Below, one piece after another: positions 32,431 through 45,425 of a DNA stretch of 64,000 bases. The notes beneath the pieces are model-generated. The model was not told the origin of the DNA, did no database searches, and saw only the letters and a list, made by a program, of their open reading frames with translations. A program made the translations under genes and the position numbers. The DNA comes from the human T2T-CHM13v2.0 reference genome, Homo sapiens: assembly GCF_009914755.1 (NCBI RefSeq), contig NC_060937.1. One strand, written 5' to 3'. How positions within the stretch are numbered: the stretch's first letter is position 1; each line of letters begins with the position of its first letter.

Positions 32431-34605
32431 AATGTATGTGTATTCACAAACCATTATCAGAGATTGTGAGCTCAGGAGAGCTGAAGATGTGCCTGATTAT
32501 GAAAGATGGGCAGATACAATTTTGTTTTGAGCAAGGAGAGCATGTGATACTCTGGCTTCATGCTAGCAACCCTGATGCTGAGCCTTAGGTTTTTTAAAGC
32601 ATTGATAATTGGTGAGTTATGAGTACTATGAAAAATAAACAATGGCCCTTACACAACTGTAGGTTACTGTGTAGGACCGGTCATGGTACTTCAGCCTCAT
32701 TTTCTTGTCTTTCTTCACTTTCATTTTCTTTATTTTTTCATGAGAGGCAACGTTACAATTACTAACATTTCAGCGTCATGATTGACAGAGTTTCTTATGA
32801 TGCTCTCGTGGACAAGATGGAGGCACACACAGTGGCTGCAGGGACTGGTGGGAAGAGGGGTGCCTGAGGAGTGCTGATCAGATGAGCATTGTGGAAGCAT
32901 TGCGGGATCACATCCTTTTGGCACCGGGGGCTGCTGTTTTGTCCCCTGCTGTGTTCTGCTAACATTGGTGTCGATGAATGACACCAGTGAGTGATTTATC
33001 AGTGGATTATCAATGAATGATAATGTAGAAGGAACTCTTAGCTTTTCCACGATAGTATGGGAACAAGAATGGATTGCAGATATTTTCGATGAAAAATTAA
33101 GGATGGGCTCCACAAGTTTTAAAAGGATAGAACGATGCATTGAGACCAGCAAGGTGATGTTTGAGAAGTATATTTTTATGATCCCACCCATGGGTGCTAA
33201 AACCAGTTACAAATGTCTCGGATTGGGTCAGTGGAGTTTAGGACAACTTATATGGTACTTTGGTGTTTTAATTAATGATGTGGAACTAGAGGGTGATTTA
33301 TATGTCCATGAGGAGGTCATTCTTAGAATGCGTGGTTAGAAGTAGAAGAGAATGGAAGGCTTGCTTTCTTATGACTCTAGATGGTGCAGTTAGAATTGAA
33401 GTATTGTGCATAGCTCTGGTCACCTTGTTTAGGAGGGACTTCAGGTTCCCTGGTGCTACACGGTGTACTTAGAGGAAAGCTGTTTGGATGGTGGGAGTTT
33501 TCAAAAGCTAATCCCACAGTTGGGAGAATCTGAGTTCTTTGACAAGGAGTAGAATAGGTTTTGGGAGGAAGGGAGCATATAGCTCTTTGTAAATACCTGA
33601 AAGGTCATCTGGTGGAAGAATTGCATCATTCTGCTGTAGAGAGGCAGAGCTTGCCAACAGAGACCCTGCCCAGATGTGTGGTGAGTTTTCTGGCCCTAGA
33701 ACCAGGGGAAGCCACTTAGAAGACTCTTAAGCATCAGGTAGGTTATAAGCCTAGATCTTTACATTCCTTTCAAACTAGTACTGAACTAATTGATTTTTTT
33801 CAAGATAAAATATCAATTACTTCTAAGGCCATTATTGTTAACTTTTTGTAATAATAGATCTGAGGCATATGAAAGTTACATGTCTCACTCTGGGAAAATG
33901 CACCTCAACTAGGGGTTTGTACCATTGGTTGACCTATTTGCATATTTTATTTAATCACACACAGTCTTGTATTATGTACAAGTTTGAACTTCTGTGATCA
34001 TGTTATATATTCTGTGAAAACGTTTATCTTAGTAGAAGGCCTTGGATTGAAATTTAGATCCGGACAGAAATTCGTGTTTGTGTTTACTTTGCCGCTGTCT
34101 TATGGCAGGATGAGGGAGCTGGAGTGAGGGAGACGCGTGAGGCCACATAAGGAGGAGGGAAGCTGACAGGAAACATGACTTCCTGTATATAATTTTGCCT
34201 GATAAAATTGAAGAAAGTTTTTAAATTTGCTTTTCCTGTCTTATGTGAACTTCCACGTGTTGGTTTCTGGTTTTGTTTTTCTATTCTTGTTCTTACAATA
34301 GTTTGTTTTCCTTTTGTTCTTCCTGTGTGGTGTATGATTCCATTCATGGGCAGCTTTTCTTCTTTACAGCTTCTGCTTTCTAAATGTGTCCCAGCTCTGC
34401 CACTCATGAGCTGTGTGACCTTGGGAATGTTACCTTCTCTGTGCTTTCATTTCCTTACCAGGACGTGGGAAAAAAAAAAAAGCAAGGGGATGTGAAGACC
34501 TGTCTCTGGAGGCCTGCTATAAATATTATTAAGTGTCCTAACTTAAATTAAAATTGAATATTAAAGACTTGTAATTGTGTAATTTTAATTTAAAATTAAA
34601 TTTTA

Positions 34606-34890
34606 GGCCAGGTGCTGTGACTCATGCCTGTAATCCTGGCACTTTGGGAGGCCAAGATAGGAGGATCACTTGAGGCCAGGAGTTTGAGACTAGTCTGGTC
34701 AATGTATCGAGACCCTATCTCTACAAAAAATTAAAAAATTAGCCAGATGTGGTGGTGTGCACCTGGAGTGCCAGCTGCTTGGGAGGCTGACCCAGGAGGA
34801 TCTCTTGAGCCCAGGAGCTCATGGTTGTGGTGAGCTATGAACGTGCTACTGCACTCCAGCCTCGGCAACAGAATGAGATACTGTCTCAAT
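34606..34890 (+). mobile_element. Alu (AluJ-like)
   Basis: Diverged Alu with ggaggatcacttgaggccaggagtttgag and gagccca...gtgagctatga, typical of AluJ. Confidence 0.88.
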
Positions 34891-36006
34891 TTTTTAAACA
34901 AATTTGTATAATGGCTGAGAAAATACTGGGCCCCTAGGAGGTTCCACCTTTCTTTCTGTCCCCTTACCAGTGAGTACCAGTTGTTTACTGACAAAGATAA
35001 AGAACATTTATGATGTAGTTCCTTAAAAATTAAAATACAACTCTTTCTAGCATGACATTGGTTTTATATTTCTTTGTCACTTTCTTGCAATCATGTTACA
35101 TGTTGTGGACTTTGGTACTTTGTTTTTGTTTGTCTCTGCTGAGCAAAGTTTCTTTCTTTCTCCCAGCTTCAACAATTCAAACCGAAGAGGGCTCTTGGCT
35201 GCATATTTATACTTCTGCCCACAGAAAATTAGAGGCAGTTCCCTTCTGTGGATGGCCTATATTTATGAACTTTCTTGCCCTTCTTGACTTTGCAAGATAC
35301 CCGTTTCTCATCCCAGAGAGCACAGCATTCTTTTAAACTGTGATCTTATTGATTTGCCTACATGCTTTTTGTATTTGTGCTTAGAGAACATGTGTATCTT
35401 CAAGGGAAACGCTTTTAAAATTGAATAAACAAAGACACAAGGGTTTGTTGAGAATCCCCTCTGTGTCAGGAAATGAAGACTGTGATCAGGGTATGAGCAA
35501 CTTGGTTGAGGGCTATATTGGGGTCAGGCTGCACCAGGGGGTGCTACTGGCTTAGTGGAGATAAGGCTGGTAGAAGATGGAGAAGGAGAAAAAGCATGAG
35601 AGCGGGGAGGATGAGGACAGTGAGGGAGTCGTGGAAAGAACAGAAGAGCAGTGTGGTACGGAAATGCAAGCGCACATGCACATGTATGACTCTGTATTTT
35701 CCCATGATCATGCAAACATGGGGAAAGAAATGGAAAGATCTAGATGTTAATGTGTCTTGGGGTATGGGCTAGAAGAGGCAAATTTTAAAAAATGGAACAA
35801 AAACCAGCTTATAGGAAATGATCTTATGTATGTAAAAAAGTTTACATGCTTATGTATAGACGCAAAAGAAAAGAGATCTCTAAGTTGGAAACACAGAGGG
35901 CTTCAGTGAGGAGGAGCATGAGGATGGCTGCAAGGTGTCCTTGGGTTGGGTGATGGGCTGTCACGTGTTATATTATTTTGCTTTGTAACATATACATTTT
36001 ATTAAA

Positions 36007-36110
36007 TAGAGATAGGGTTTTGCTGTGTTGCCAAGGCTGACCTCAAGTGATCCTCCCACCTCAGGCTCCCAAAGCGTTGGGATTACAGGTGTGAGCTACT
36101 GTGTCCAGCC
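36007..36110 (-). mobile_element. Partial Alu left arm (FLAM/AluJ-like)
   Basis: tagagatagggttttgctgtgttgccaaggctg...tcccaaagcgttgggattacaggtgtgagc. Confidence 0.8.
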
Positions 36111-36959
36111 CTCATATTCTTTTTAATATATGAAACAACATATTAACAGGGATAAAGGGAAAACAAGTGGGTGGCCACGTTGCCATGTAACCTGTTTCAG
36201 GAGAAACATAACAGTAGCCTCACATGTGGTGTGCACGTGTGCTTGCACATTCTTGATGAATGAGGAGGAAAGTGTGGAAGGCTTCAAGTCTCCATTGGGG
36301 GAATTGGTGACGGGGCAGAACCTTGTTGCTGTTAAAATCCCCTATCCCCAGTGCCTAATAAAATGCACTCATAATAGTGGATGAAACAATGTCAACCTTG
36401 AATAGAATGGTTTAGTGGTGATCTGTGAGTCTACTTTAACAGAAAAGCATATCCTGTGTAGATTTTAAACTCTTTGGGGGCAGAAATAACGCTGATCTTC
36501 CTCATCATTCATTTGGACATTTATTCATTCATTTGTGCTGCAAATACATAATACGTGCCTAATATGTATGCCAGGTATTAGACAATATTTATTTTCAGTG
36601 TCTAGCAAATCTGAAAGTCTTTTTTTAATTCTTCAAAGTGAAAATACAGGATACTACAAATCCATCATTATAGGATGACCTAGTGAGGAACGCTTCCTGG
36701 AGGAAGTGGTAGTTATGTTGCATATTGAAGGATGCAAAGGACTTGTAAGATGAGGTTGGGGGAGGATTCCACATTCCATGCAGATGGAAGAGTATGCGCA
36801 AAGGCCCTGAGGCAGAGAGTAATGAACATGGTACTGTGAGGAATGAGGCCAATGTGGCTGCAGCCTGCAGAGCAGAGGGTGAGGTGGGGTTGAGGCCAGA
36901 AAGGTGTTCAGGGCCTGATCATGCAGGCCTCGAAGGCCAGAGTAAAGCATTTCCCCCAA

Positions 36960-37930
36960 GTTTTTATTTTGGAAAATTTCAAACCTATAGAAAAGTTGCA
37001 GATGTAATAGAATTATTACCTAGATTTTCAAATGGTTGACTTTTGCCAGTTTCTCTCTTTTACTCTTTCTCCTTCTCATATGCACACACACATACATACA
37101 CGTTTTTCTTGGTCGAATCATTTGAGAATAAGTTAGAAAAATCATGACATACTACCTCTGAATTCTAAAGCATGTATATTTCAAGAACCAAATTAATCTC
37201 TGGCATAATTATAGCACGATTACACACCCAAGAAAATTAATTATAAAATACCTGTACCTTATATACAGTCCATATTTAAATCTCTAATTGTCCTAATAAT
37301 ATCCTTTGCTAACATGTTTTGAAAATCCAGGCTCCGCTGACATTTTTTGGGACCAGTTAGGCCAGTTATTTTGCAATACATACCTCAATTTAAATTTGCC
37401 AGATTATTGTCTCATGGTTAAATTCTGGTTGAACATTAACTACTGCATAGGTGATGTGTGGCCCTGAGAACTAACTAATATCAGGAGTCCGTAATGTCAG
37501 TTTCATTACTAGTGATGTTAAATTTGATCACGTGGTTAATGTGGTGTCTACCAGATCTCTCCATTGTAAAGATAAAATTTTCGTTTTGTAAGAAATGAAG
37601 TAGCCTGGGGGAAGATACTTTAAGCATCTATGAATATCTTGTTCCCCAACAATCTTTTACCCAATGTTTGTACCTTTGGCATCCCTTGTGTAAGATAATT
37701 ATGAATGTAGCGATTGCAAAATAGTGATTTTTCAAATTCTATAATTTTTTTCTACATTCGTTGATATTCTTCTGTAAAGAAGAGCCCTTACTTCTCCTCC
37801 ATCCTTTTAAATCAGTATCAGTATAGACTTGTGGATGTTTAAAATTTAGATTTAAGATCTCACATGCATTTATAATCCATTTCTAACATTAAACATTTTG
37901 ATGTTTAATTTTTGTATTTGGCCAGGAGGA
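36960..37930 (-). mobile_element. L1MC-like 3' fragment (preceded by an L2 piece at about 36590-36950)
   Basis: ttttattttggaaaatttcaaacctatagaaaagttg...tttgagaataagttag...gtgatgttaaatttgatcac. Confidence 0.6.
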
Positions 37931-38077
37931 GCCCTGATCAGAAAGGTTTTTTGAGAAAACTATTGATTGAATGAAATAATAATATAGAAATGACAAATAA
38001 ATCTGTGTTTACCACTTTTTTCTCCTGAGAAGTTCTATTTGTCAATCTAATGTGAATATATTTTTATTTCTCTCTAG

Positions 38078-38289
38078 GTCTCATGGACTGATTGGCTCTC
38101 ATTCAGCAGGAACCTAACAGATAAGTCTTCCTGCTGTATATCAAGACAATGCTTGGTTTTCAAGCTGTTCTGAGAATGATTAAAGCAGTGTCGCAAGGTG
38201 ACATTGTCAGGGGAGAACAAGCAGCTTGAGAATTTCCTCTTAATCTGATTGCAGCTTGAAGGCAGCCCATTTCCATTAAGTAGGACTGC
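38078..38289 (+). other. MTUS2: MTUS2 large exon, 5'UTR part (splice acceptor tttatttctctctag at 38076-38077)
   Basis: Strong polypyrimidine-AG acceptor 212 nt upstream of the first in-frame ATG; in-frame TAG just before the ATG at 38290. Confidence 0.85.
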
Positions 38290-40524
38290 ATGGCAAGCAG
38301 CCCCACCAAAGGGTTGACAATGAGCGTCCCAGTGGCTCCTAAGAAATCATGTTACACTCAGTTGCGGGACAACAGAAATGCAGCAAGAAATAATAATGAA
38401 AGCATCTTAAGTCTGGGAGATACGAATGCCAATCAAATCATGTTGGAGGTCAGCTCCTCTCATGACGAGTCCAAGACATGTGACCTGGGAGATGAAATTG
38501 GAAATACAAATTCAAGTGAGCCAGAAAACCGTACCCATTTCCATAAGGAATTTCACCAACTTCAGGGCTTTGGGAAAGGCTCTCAGGCTGGCTCTGCCAG
38601 CCTGAAAGATTTTAGACTTTCTTCAACCATTCAGAGGGAACTCAATGAAGAGCACACAGTGGAGAGAGGCACAGATAGCCTGCAGACCACGCGGAGTATT
38701 CAGGGACCAAGTCTGTCGAGTTGGAGGAATGTGATGAGTGAGGCCAGTCTAGACGTTTTGGCTAAAAGGGATGCTGAAATTCCCCGGCATGTTCCCAAGG
38801 ATAAACTGGCAAAGACCCTTGACAATGAGGAACTGAGGAGGCATTCTTTGGAAAGAGCAAGCAGCTCTGTAGCTGCAGTCGGGAGCCTGACTCCGCAGCA
38901 TCCACAGCCTCTATCCCTCGACTCCCGGGAAGCACGGGGTCAGATACCTGGGGGTGGGGAGGGGCCACAGAAGACATTGCCAGACCACGCTGTCCCGGCA
39001 GCTTTCCCTGCAACTGACAGTACCTCAGAGGGAAAGAGTGTGCGTCATCCTAAACCATCTACCTCAGAAAGCAAGCAGAGCACTCCCTCAGAGACCCAAA
39101 CAGTGGGGGCACATGTACTGCAGGTGTGCAGTGAGCACACATCACATTCCGCCCATCCAGAGCCTGCTCTGAATTTGACTTTGGCATCGAAGGAAATCCC
39201 AAGTAAACTGGAAGCACAATTAGGTCAGGGAAAGGGAGAGGCCAAGCTGGATCTGAAATATGTTCCTCCCAGGAGAGTTGAACAGGAGGGAAAGGCAGCC
39301 CAGGAAGGGTATCTGGGATGCCACAAGGAAGAGAATCTGTCAGCCTTGGAGGGAAGGGATCCATGTGGGGAAGCACACCCGGAAGCCACCGATGCACTTG
39401 GCCATCTGCTGAACAGTGACCTCCACCACCTTGGGGTGGGAAGAGGCAACTGTGAAGAGAAGAGAGGAGTCAACCCAGGGGAGCAGGATTCTCTCCACAC
39501 CACCCCCAAACAGGGCTCTGCTTCCTTAGGAGGGGCTGATAATCAGCCCACTGGCAAAATTTCACCATGTGCAGGTGAGAAGTTGGGTGAAAGGACATCC
39601 AGCAGCTTTTCACCAGGTGACAGTCATGTGGCTTTTATTCCTAATAATCTGACTGACAGCAAGCCCTTGGATGTCATTGAGGAGGAAAGGCGGTTGGGCA
39701 GTGGGAATAAGGACAGTGTTATGGTTTTGGTGTTCAATCCTTCTGTTGGAGAGAACAAGACGGAGGTGCCTGAGCCCCTGGACCCTCAAAGTGGCCGCTC
39801 AGAAGCACGGGAAAGCAAAGAGGTCACCACATCTGTTGCTGAAAACAGGAACCTTCTAGAGAATGCAGATAAGATTGAAAGCACCTCAGCAAGAGCAGAT
39901 TCAGTTCTCAATATTCCAGCACCCCTCCACCCAGAGACAACTGTGAACATGACCTACCAGCCTACAACACCCAGTAGCAGTTTTCAGGATGTTAGCGTGT
40001 TCGGTATGGATGCGGGGTCCCCCTTGGTAGTTCCACCCCCTACTGATAGTGCACGCTTGTTGAACACGTCCCCCAAAGTGCCTGACAAGAACACTTGCCC
40101 CAGTGGGATCCCCAAGCCTGTCTTCACACATTCCAAGGACACACCTTCCTCGCAGGAGGGAATGGAGAACTATCAGGTTGAAAAAACAGAGGAGAGGACA
40201 GAAACTAAGCCCATCATTATGCCCAAGCCCAAGCATGTGAGGCCCAAGATCATCACCTACATCAGGAGGAATCCCCAGGCCCTGGGCCAGGTGGACGCCT
40301 CGCTGGTTCCAGTGGGGCTTCCATATGCCCCGCCCACATGTACCATGCCTCTTCCCCACGAAGAGAAGGCAGCAGGTGGTGACCTGAAGCCATCTGCCAA
40401 CCTCTATGAGAAATTCAAGCCAGACCTGCAGAAGCCAAGGGTCTTCAGTTCCGGATTGATGGTGTCTGGAATCAAGCCCCCGGGACATCCTTTCAGTCAA
40501 ATGAGTGAAAAGTTTTTGCAGGAG
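38290..40524 (+). CDS. MTUS2: MTUS2 (TIP150/CAZIP) first coding exon, N-terminal 745 codons; alternative start ATG at 38320 (MSVPVAPKK)
   Basis: 767-aa ORF MASSPTKGLTMSVPVAPKKSCYTQLRDNRNAARNNNESIL..., recognised as the MTUS2 N-terminus. Donor CAG GAG|gtaaga at 40524/40525, phase 0, joins in frame to the exon at 47520. Confidence 0.93.
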
Positions 40525-41147
40525 GTAAGAGAATGTCATTATGATATGGTCTATAAGTTGACTGTCCCAATATCTGTGACATATTTTCAATGAGTTATGA
40601 AAGTAAAATGTCCTCTTTAAGTGAATTACAGATTTTCATGGATACACTTGTGAAGAAATGGAGTTTTTGACTAGAGGAGATTGTCTAGAGAAATGACCAT
40701 TTTTAACTAGAAGAGTCTGATTATCTTAATAAGATGTACCCAATATCTAAGGAGACCCATTTAAATTTCACTTGCTATAATTCATATGAAATTAGATGAG
40801 TATGCCTTAAATAGGCTTCCATGTTTAAATAAGTGAATATAATATAATATAAGCCAGGTTAAAGGAAGAAAGAATGCAAAATTACTGTGTTCTTCAAATA
40901 GATCAGACTCATTCCTCAATGGGGAGTATTTTCTACCTGGGAGTATCTCTTATTCGCATGCGTGAAGAACAGCAAATGAGCAGAAAACGGTGTGTTAGGC
41001 ATGGACTCTTTCTTTAAAATAAAAGTAATAATTACAACTAACATATAATTGAGGGCCAGCTCTACACTGGGCCCATATAATACAGCGTTTGATCTTTGTT
41101 AATCTTCACTAATCCTTGCAGTAATTCCCTGAGGGTTGGTATTGCAG

Positions 41148-41459
<312 letters not shown>

Positions 41460-41692
41460 GGTATTGCAGTTTTTATCACCGTATAGATACAGAGACAGAC
41501 AGAGAGCTTTAAGTCACCCACCACAAAGGAAGGAGAGCTCTGAGAGTCTCACTCAGGCCTGTGCAGTTTCAGACTGCACTGTGCTGTCCTTTTTAGCTAT
41601 GGTGAGTCATCCTTCGAGACCTCAGAACTAAGATTTGTCTCCTGAAGGAGTCTCTTCATGACAGCTGAGTGATCAGTTAAAAGTAAGGCAGG

Positions 41693-41991
<299 letters not shown>

Positions 41992-43181
41992 TCATCCTGT
42001 CTCTAACACCTTCCAGGGCTGCCCAGGTTGCTTGGAACACAAGCTGGAGCCTGTAGGATGGCTCTGCCTTTAGGATGGGATGTGCTCACTGGGGGTCCGT
42101 CAGCTACCTGCCCTCCTCTCCTTCCACTCTCCCTTTCTCACTCTGCTGCTTCAGGACCTTTGCACCTCCCTCTGCTTGGAATGTTCTCCCAGTTATCCAG
42201 ATGGCTCTCTCCCTCACTCCCTTTAGGTCTGTGTTCCAATGTTATCTCCTTGGGAAGGCCACCCATCTTCTCTCTGAATCCCTTTTCTCTGATTTATTTC
42301 TTCCTAGCACCTACCTCCACCTGCCATAAATACTTTTTTAGTTTTCCTGAATTGACTATAATGTAAACTCCATGAGGGAAGGGATTGTTTTCAATATTTT
42401 GTTCCCCGTGTTCCCAGAATTTAGAATGGTGCTTCTTATAAGTATGTGCTCAAAAAATGTTGAGTGATAACTGAATCATGAACTCCATATGTGTTGGAAC
42501 TAAACAAAAGTGTACCAAGGGTTTCTAGAGATAGGATGATTGAGTCCAAATTTGGACTCTAGCTTGGTTAGATATATTGGCATATTTAAAGAATGCATCA
42601 ATCACAACAGAAGTTGTCATATCTAGCACAAAGACAAAGTTGAATCCATTCTCGGCAGCAGACATTGACTTAGGCAATCACTGACGAGGTGCCCCAACAA
42701 GCCGACCAGCTGTGCTGCCTTGCCGCAGGTCCTTAGCAACCAAATCACACAGCTTGCTCCCTGTGTTCTGACTCTGGGCCTGCCAACAGGCCTCTGATTA
42801 TAACGGACTTCCTACCTCACATCTCTAGAGAGAGGATTCTGGCTGGAGAATTCAGGGGTCCAGTCAGCTTGGCAGGGGTTTGTCTTGCTGTGCGGGGCTG
42901 CATGGCATCTTGTTTATAAGTGGCTTCTTACTCTGTGCCCTGCAATGAGAACGTGTTCTGGCTAGAGGACACTTGAGTCTGGCTTTAGGCAGTGGTCTCC
43001 AATTAAAAGTGAACAAATTGCCCTTCTGGATTTTTACGTCAGTCTCTGAGTTTAGTTATAGTGAGTCATTTTCAAATTTCTAAACATTCATCCACCTGGG
43101 CCTCTGAGGCTCAGGGTCAGGCTCTGAAGCTTTGCTCTTCTATAAGGCAGGGAATCACTGCAGAGGTTCCATGAAGAGACC

Positions 43182-43610
43182 TGTCAGTCCATTTGTGTTG
43201 CTATGAAAGAATACCTGAGGCTGGGTAAATTATAAGGAAAAGAGGTTTATTTGGCTCATGGTTCTGCAGGCTGGAGAGGAAGCATGGCACCAGCATCTGC
43301 CTATGGTGAGGCCTCAGGCTGCTTCCACTCAAGGGGGAAGAAGAAGGGGAACCACGTGTGCATTGATCACGTGGTGAGAGATGAGCAAGAGGGGAGTGGA
43401 GGAGGTGCCAGGCCTCTCTTTAAGGACCAGCTCTCATGGGAACTAATAGAGCAAGAACTTGCTCATTACCAAAAGGAGGGCACCAAGCCATTCATGAGGC
43501 ATCTGCCCCCATGGCCCACACACCTCCCACTAGACCCCACCTCCAACATTGGAGATCACATTTCAACATAAGAGTTGGCACAGACAAGCCAACCATATCC
43601 AAACCATAGC
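43182..43610 (-). mobile_element. MST-family (MSTB-like) MaLR solo LTR
   Basis: agtccatttgtgttgctatgaaagaatacctgaggctggg...cacctcccactagaccccacctccaacattgg...atccaaaccatagc. Confidence 0.85.
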
Positions 43611-44819
43611 CAGAGCCTAGATTTTTCTCTATAAAAACAAACTCATGAGGGAAATTGATTTGGATATGTAGGCCCAAACCCCACATTGTCTGTAATTCTT
43701 TCTTTGTGCCCTTCTATATTTTCGTGTATATTTCTTTTCTGTGTTGTTCTGCTTCCTCCAAGAATAGTTTATATATTACATGCATAGTTTTCCCCAAACT
43801 ATTTTCTCTACTTCATTATCTAGGCACCACGTCAAGACTCAAGGAAATGGGATTGTATGGACATTGTGTGGCTTTGGCGGTTCTGAGGGGTTCAGAGAGA
43901 CCCCACTGGTGTGGAGAGAGCATCATGGCCTCGCACCTCGAGCATCCCAAAGTCTTCTTCAAAGAATTTATTTGTTTTTGGGCCTCGACTTTACAAGTTC
44001 GTTTGAAATGTCAGTTTCCCTCCCTGTATCTGGGGACCATTTTCTGCCATCATCAGAACGAGACCCAGGCCTCTTCTCAGGTTGCGCTGGGCTCATTTCT
44101 GTGGTAACCTTCTTTACTCAAAAGTGGGGAACAGGCTGGTCCTTGGCCACCTGCTACAGCTATGACATGATGTAACCCAGCGAGTCCCCCTCTTGTGTTT
44201 GAGCTCAGTGCAGGGAGATAAAACAGCCGACTTCTTCTGCCAGTGTGCCCCAAGCTCATCATGGGGTGGCTGCAGTCTGGTCTCTAGGAAAAGAACACAT
44301 TTTTGATAATGTGTTGCAATGGAAGTATTTTTCAGTTATAGAAGCCAGATTTTTTTTTAAATAAAATGAGAACCTCTTAAAAATAAAAACTCAAACCAGC
44401 TTCAGACTCTTCCATCCTTATCGACAGATCCCTGCTGGTTACATAGCATGGGTAGAAGTGGAAAAATCAAGAGTAAGCACTCTTCTGAGAGAGGAACTCT
44501 TTTCCCAATTGGCAGGAACAGCACAGGCATTTAAAACTTCCAGAAGTGGCTTCCAAGATCATCTGGGATCTAGTCATGTCCAGGTATTAAATATGTTTAC
44601 CTAAACAGGTGCCTTCTGCCACTGGCTCTCCTGAGGTCTCAGGGACACTCCCTCCCTCCAACAACTTGGGAGCCCTTTTTATTTTTGGTAAAGGGAGGTG
44701 GGAAGAAAGGGGCTTGGCTGAGAGGATGGAGTGAGGCGATGTGCGTGCAGTGTACAGAGGTGTGATCCAGGGCTGCTCTCCTTCCTCACTGTCTGCTGCC
44801 ACTCATCTCTGGGGGGCAC

Positions 44820-44855
44820 TGCATCGATTGGGGTTTGCCAGACAAATAGAACTAA

Positions 44856-44908
<53 letters not shown>

Positions 44909-45425
44909 TTCACAGGTCTATATTCATCTATACTTATGTCTCTCTCTCAATATATATTATCTATATATGTTTCAATATATATATCTCATATGTAGAGACA
45001 GATATAGATGTATATATAGAGAGGGTACATCACATAATCTCTATATATATAGAGAGAGAGAGATTGATTGACTGATTGATTTTAAGAAATTGGCTCATGA
45101 TTGTAGAGGCTGGCAAGTCAAAAATCTGCAGGGCAGGACAGCAGCCTGGAGACTTAGGGTAGAGTTGGTGCTGCAGCTTGGGTCTGAAGGTGATCTACTA
45201 GCAGAATCCCCTTTTCTTTAGGAGGAGTCAGTCTGTTTTTATTAAACCCTGCAACTGATTAGATGAGACTCACCTACATGCTGAAGGGTCTGCTGCTTTA
45301 TTCAAGGTCTGCTGATTTAAATGTTAATCTAATATAAGAAATACTTTCATGGCAGCATCTAGAATGCTTGACCAAATATCTGGGTATTGCAACCCCACCA
45401 AGTTGACACATAAAATTAACCATCC
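44820..45425 (-). mobile_element. MLT2-family (ERVL) LTR with embedded simple repeats
   Basis: aagaaattggctcatgattgtagaggctggcaagtc...aagttgacacataaaattaaccatc. Confidence 0.8.
44859..44900. repeat. (GT)21 microsatellite followed by TA/GA-rich low complexity to about 45065
   Basis: Perfect GT run seen directly. Confidence 0.95.

Noticed and set aside
39901-40590. 229-aa minus-strand ORF and other short ORFs overlapping the large exon
   Set aside because: Antisense or alternate-frame shadows of the MTUS2 coding exon, with no recognisable protein features.
43655-44175. Overlapping 150-aa and 131-aa ORFs, and similar 60-150 aa intronic ORFs across the window
   Set aside because: No homology recognised, many have non-ATG starts or derive from repeats, and lengths are compatible with chance.
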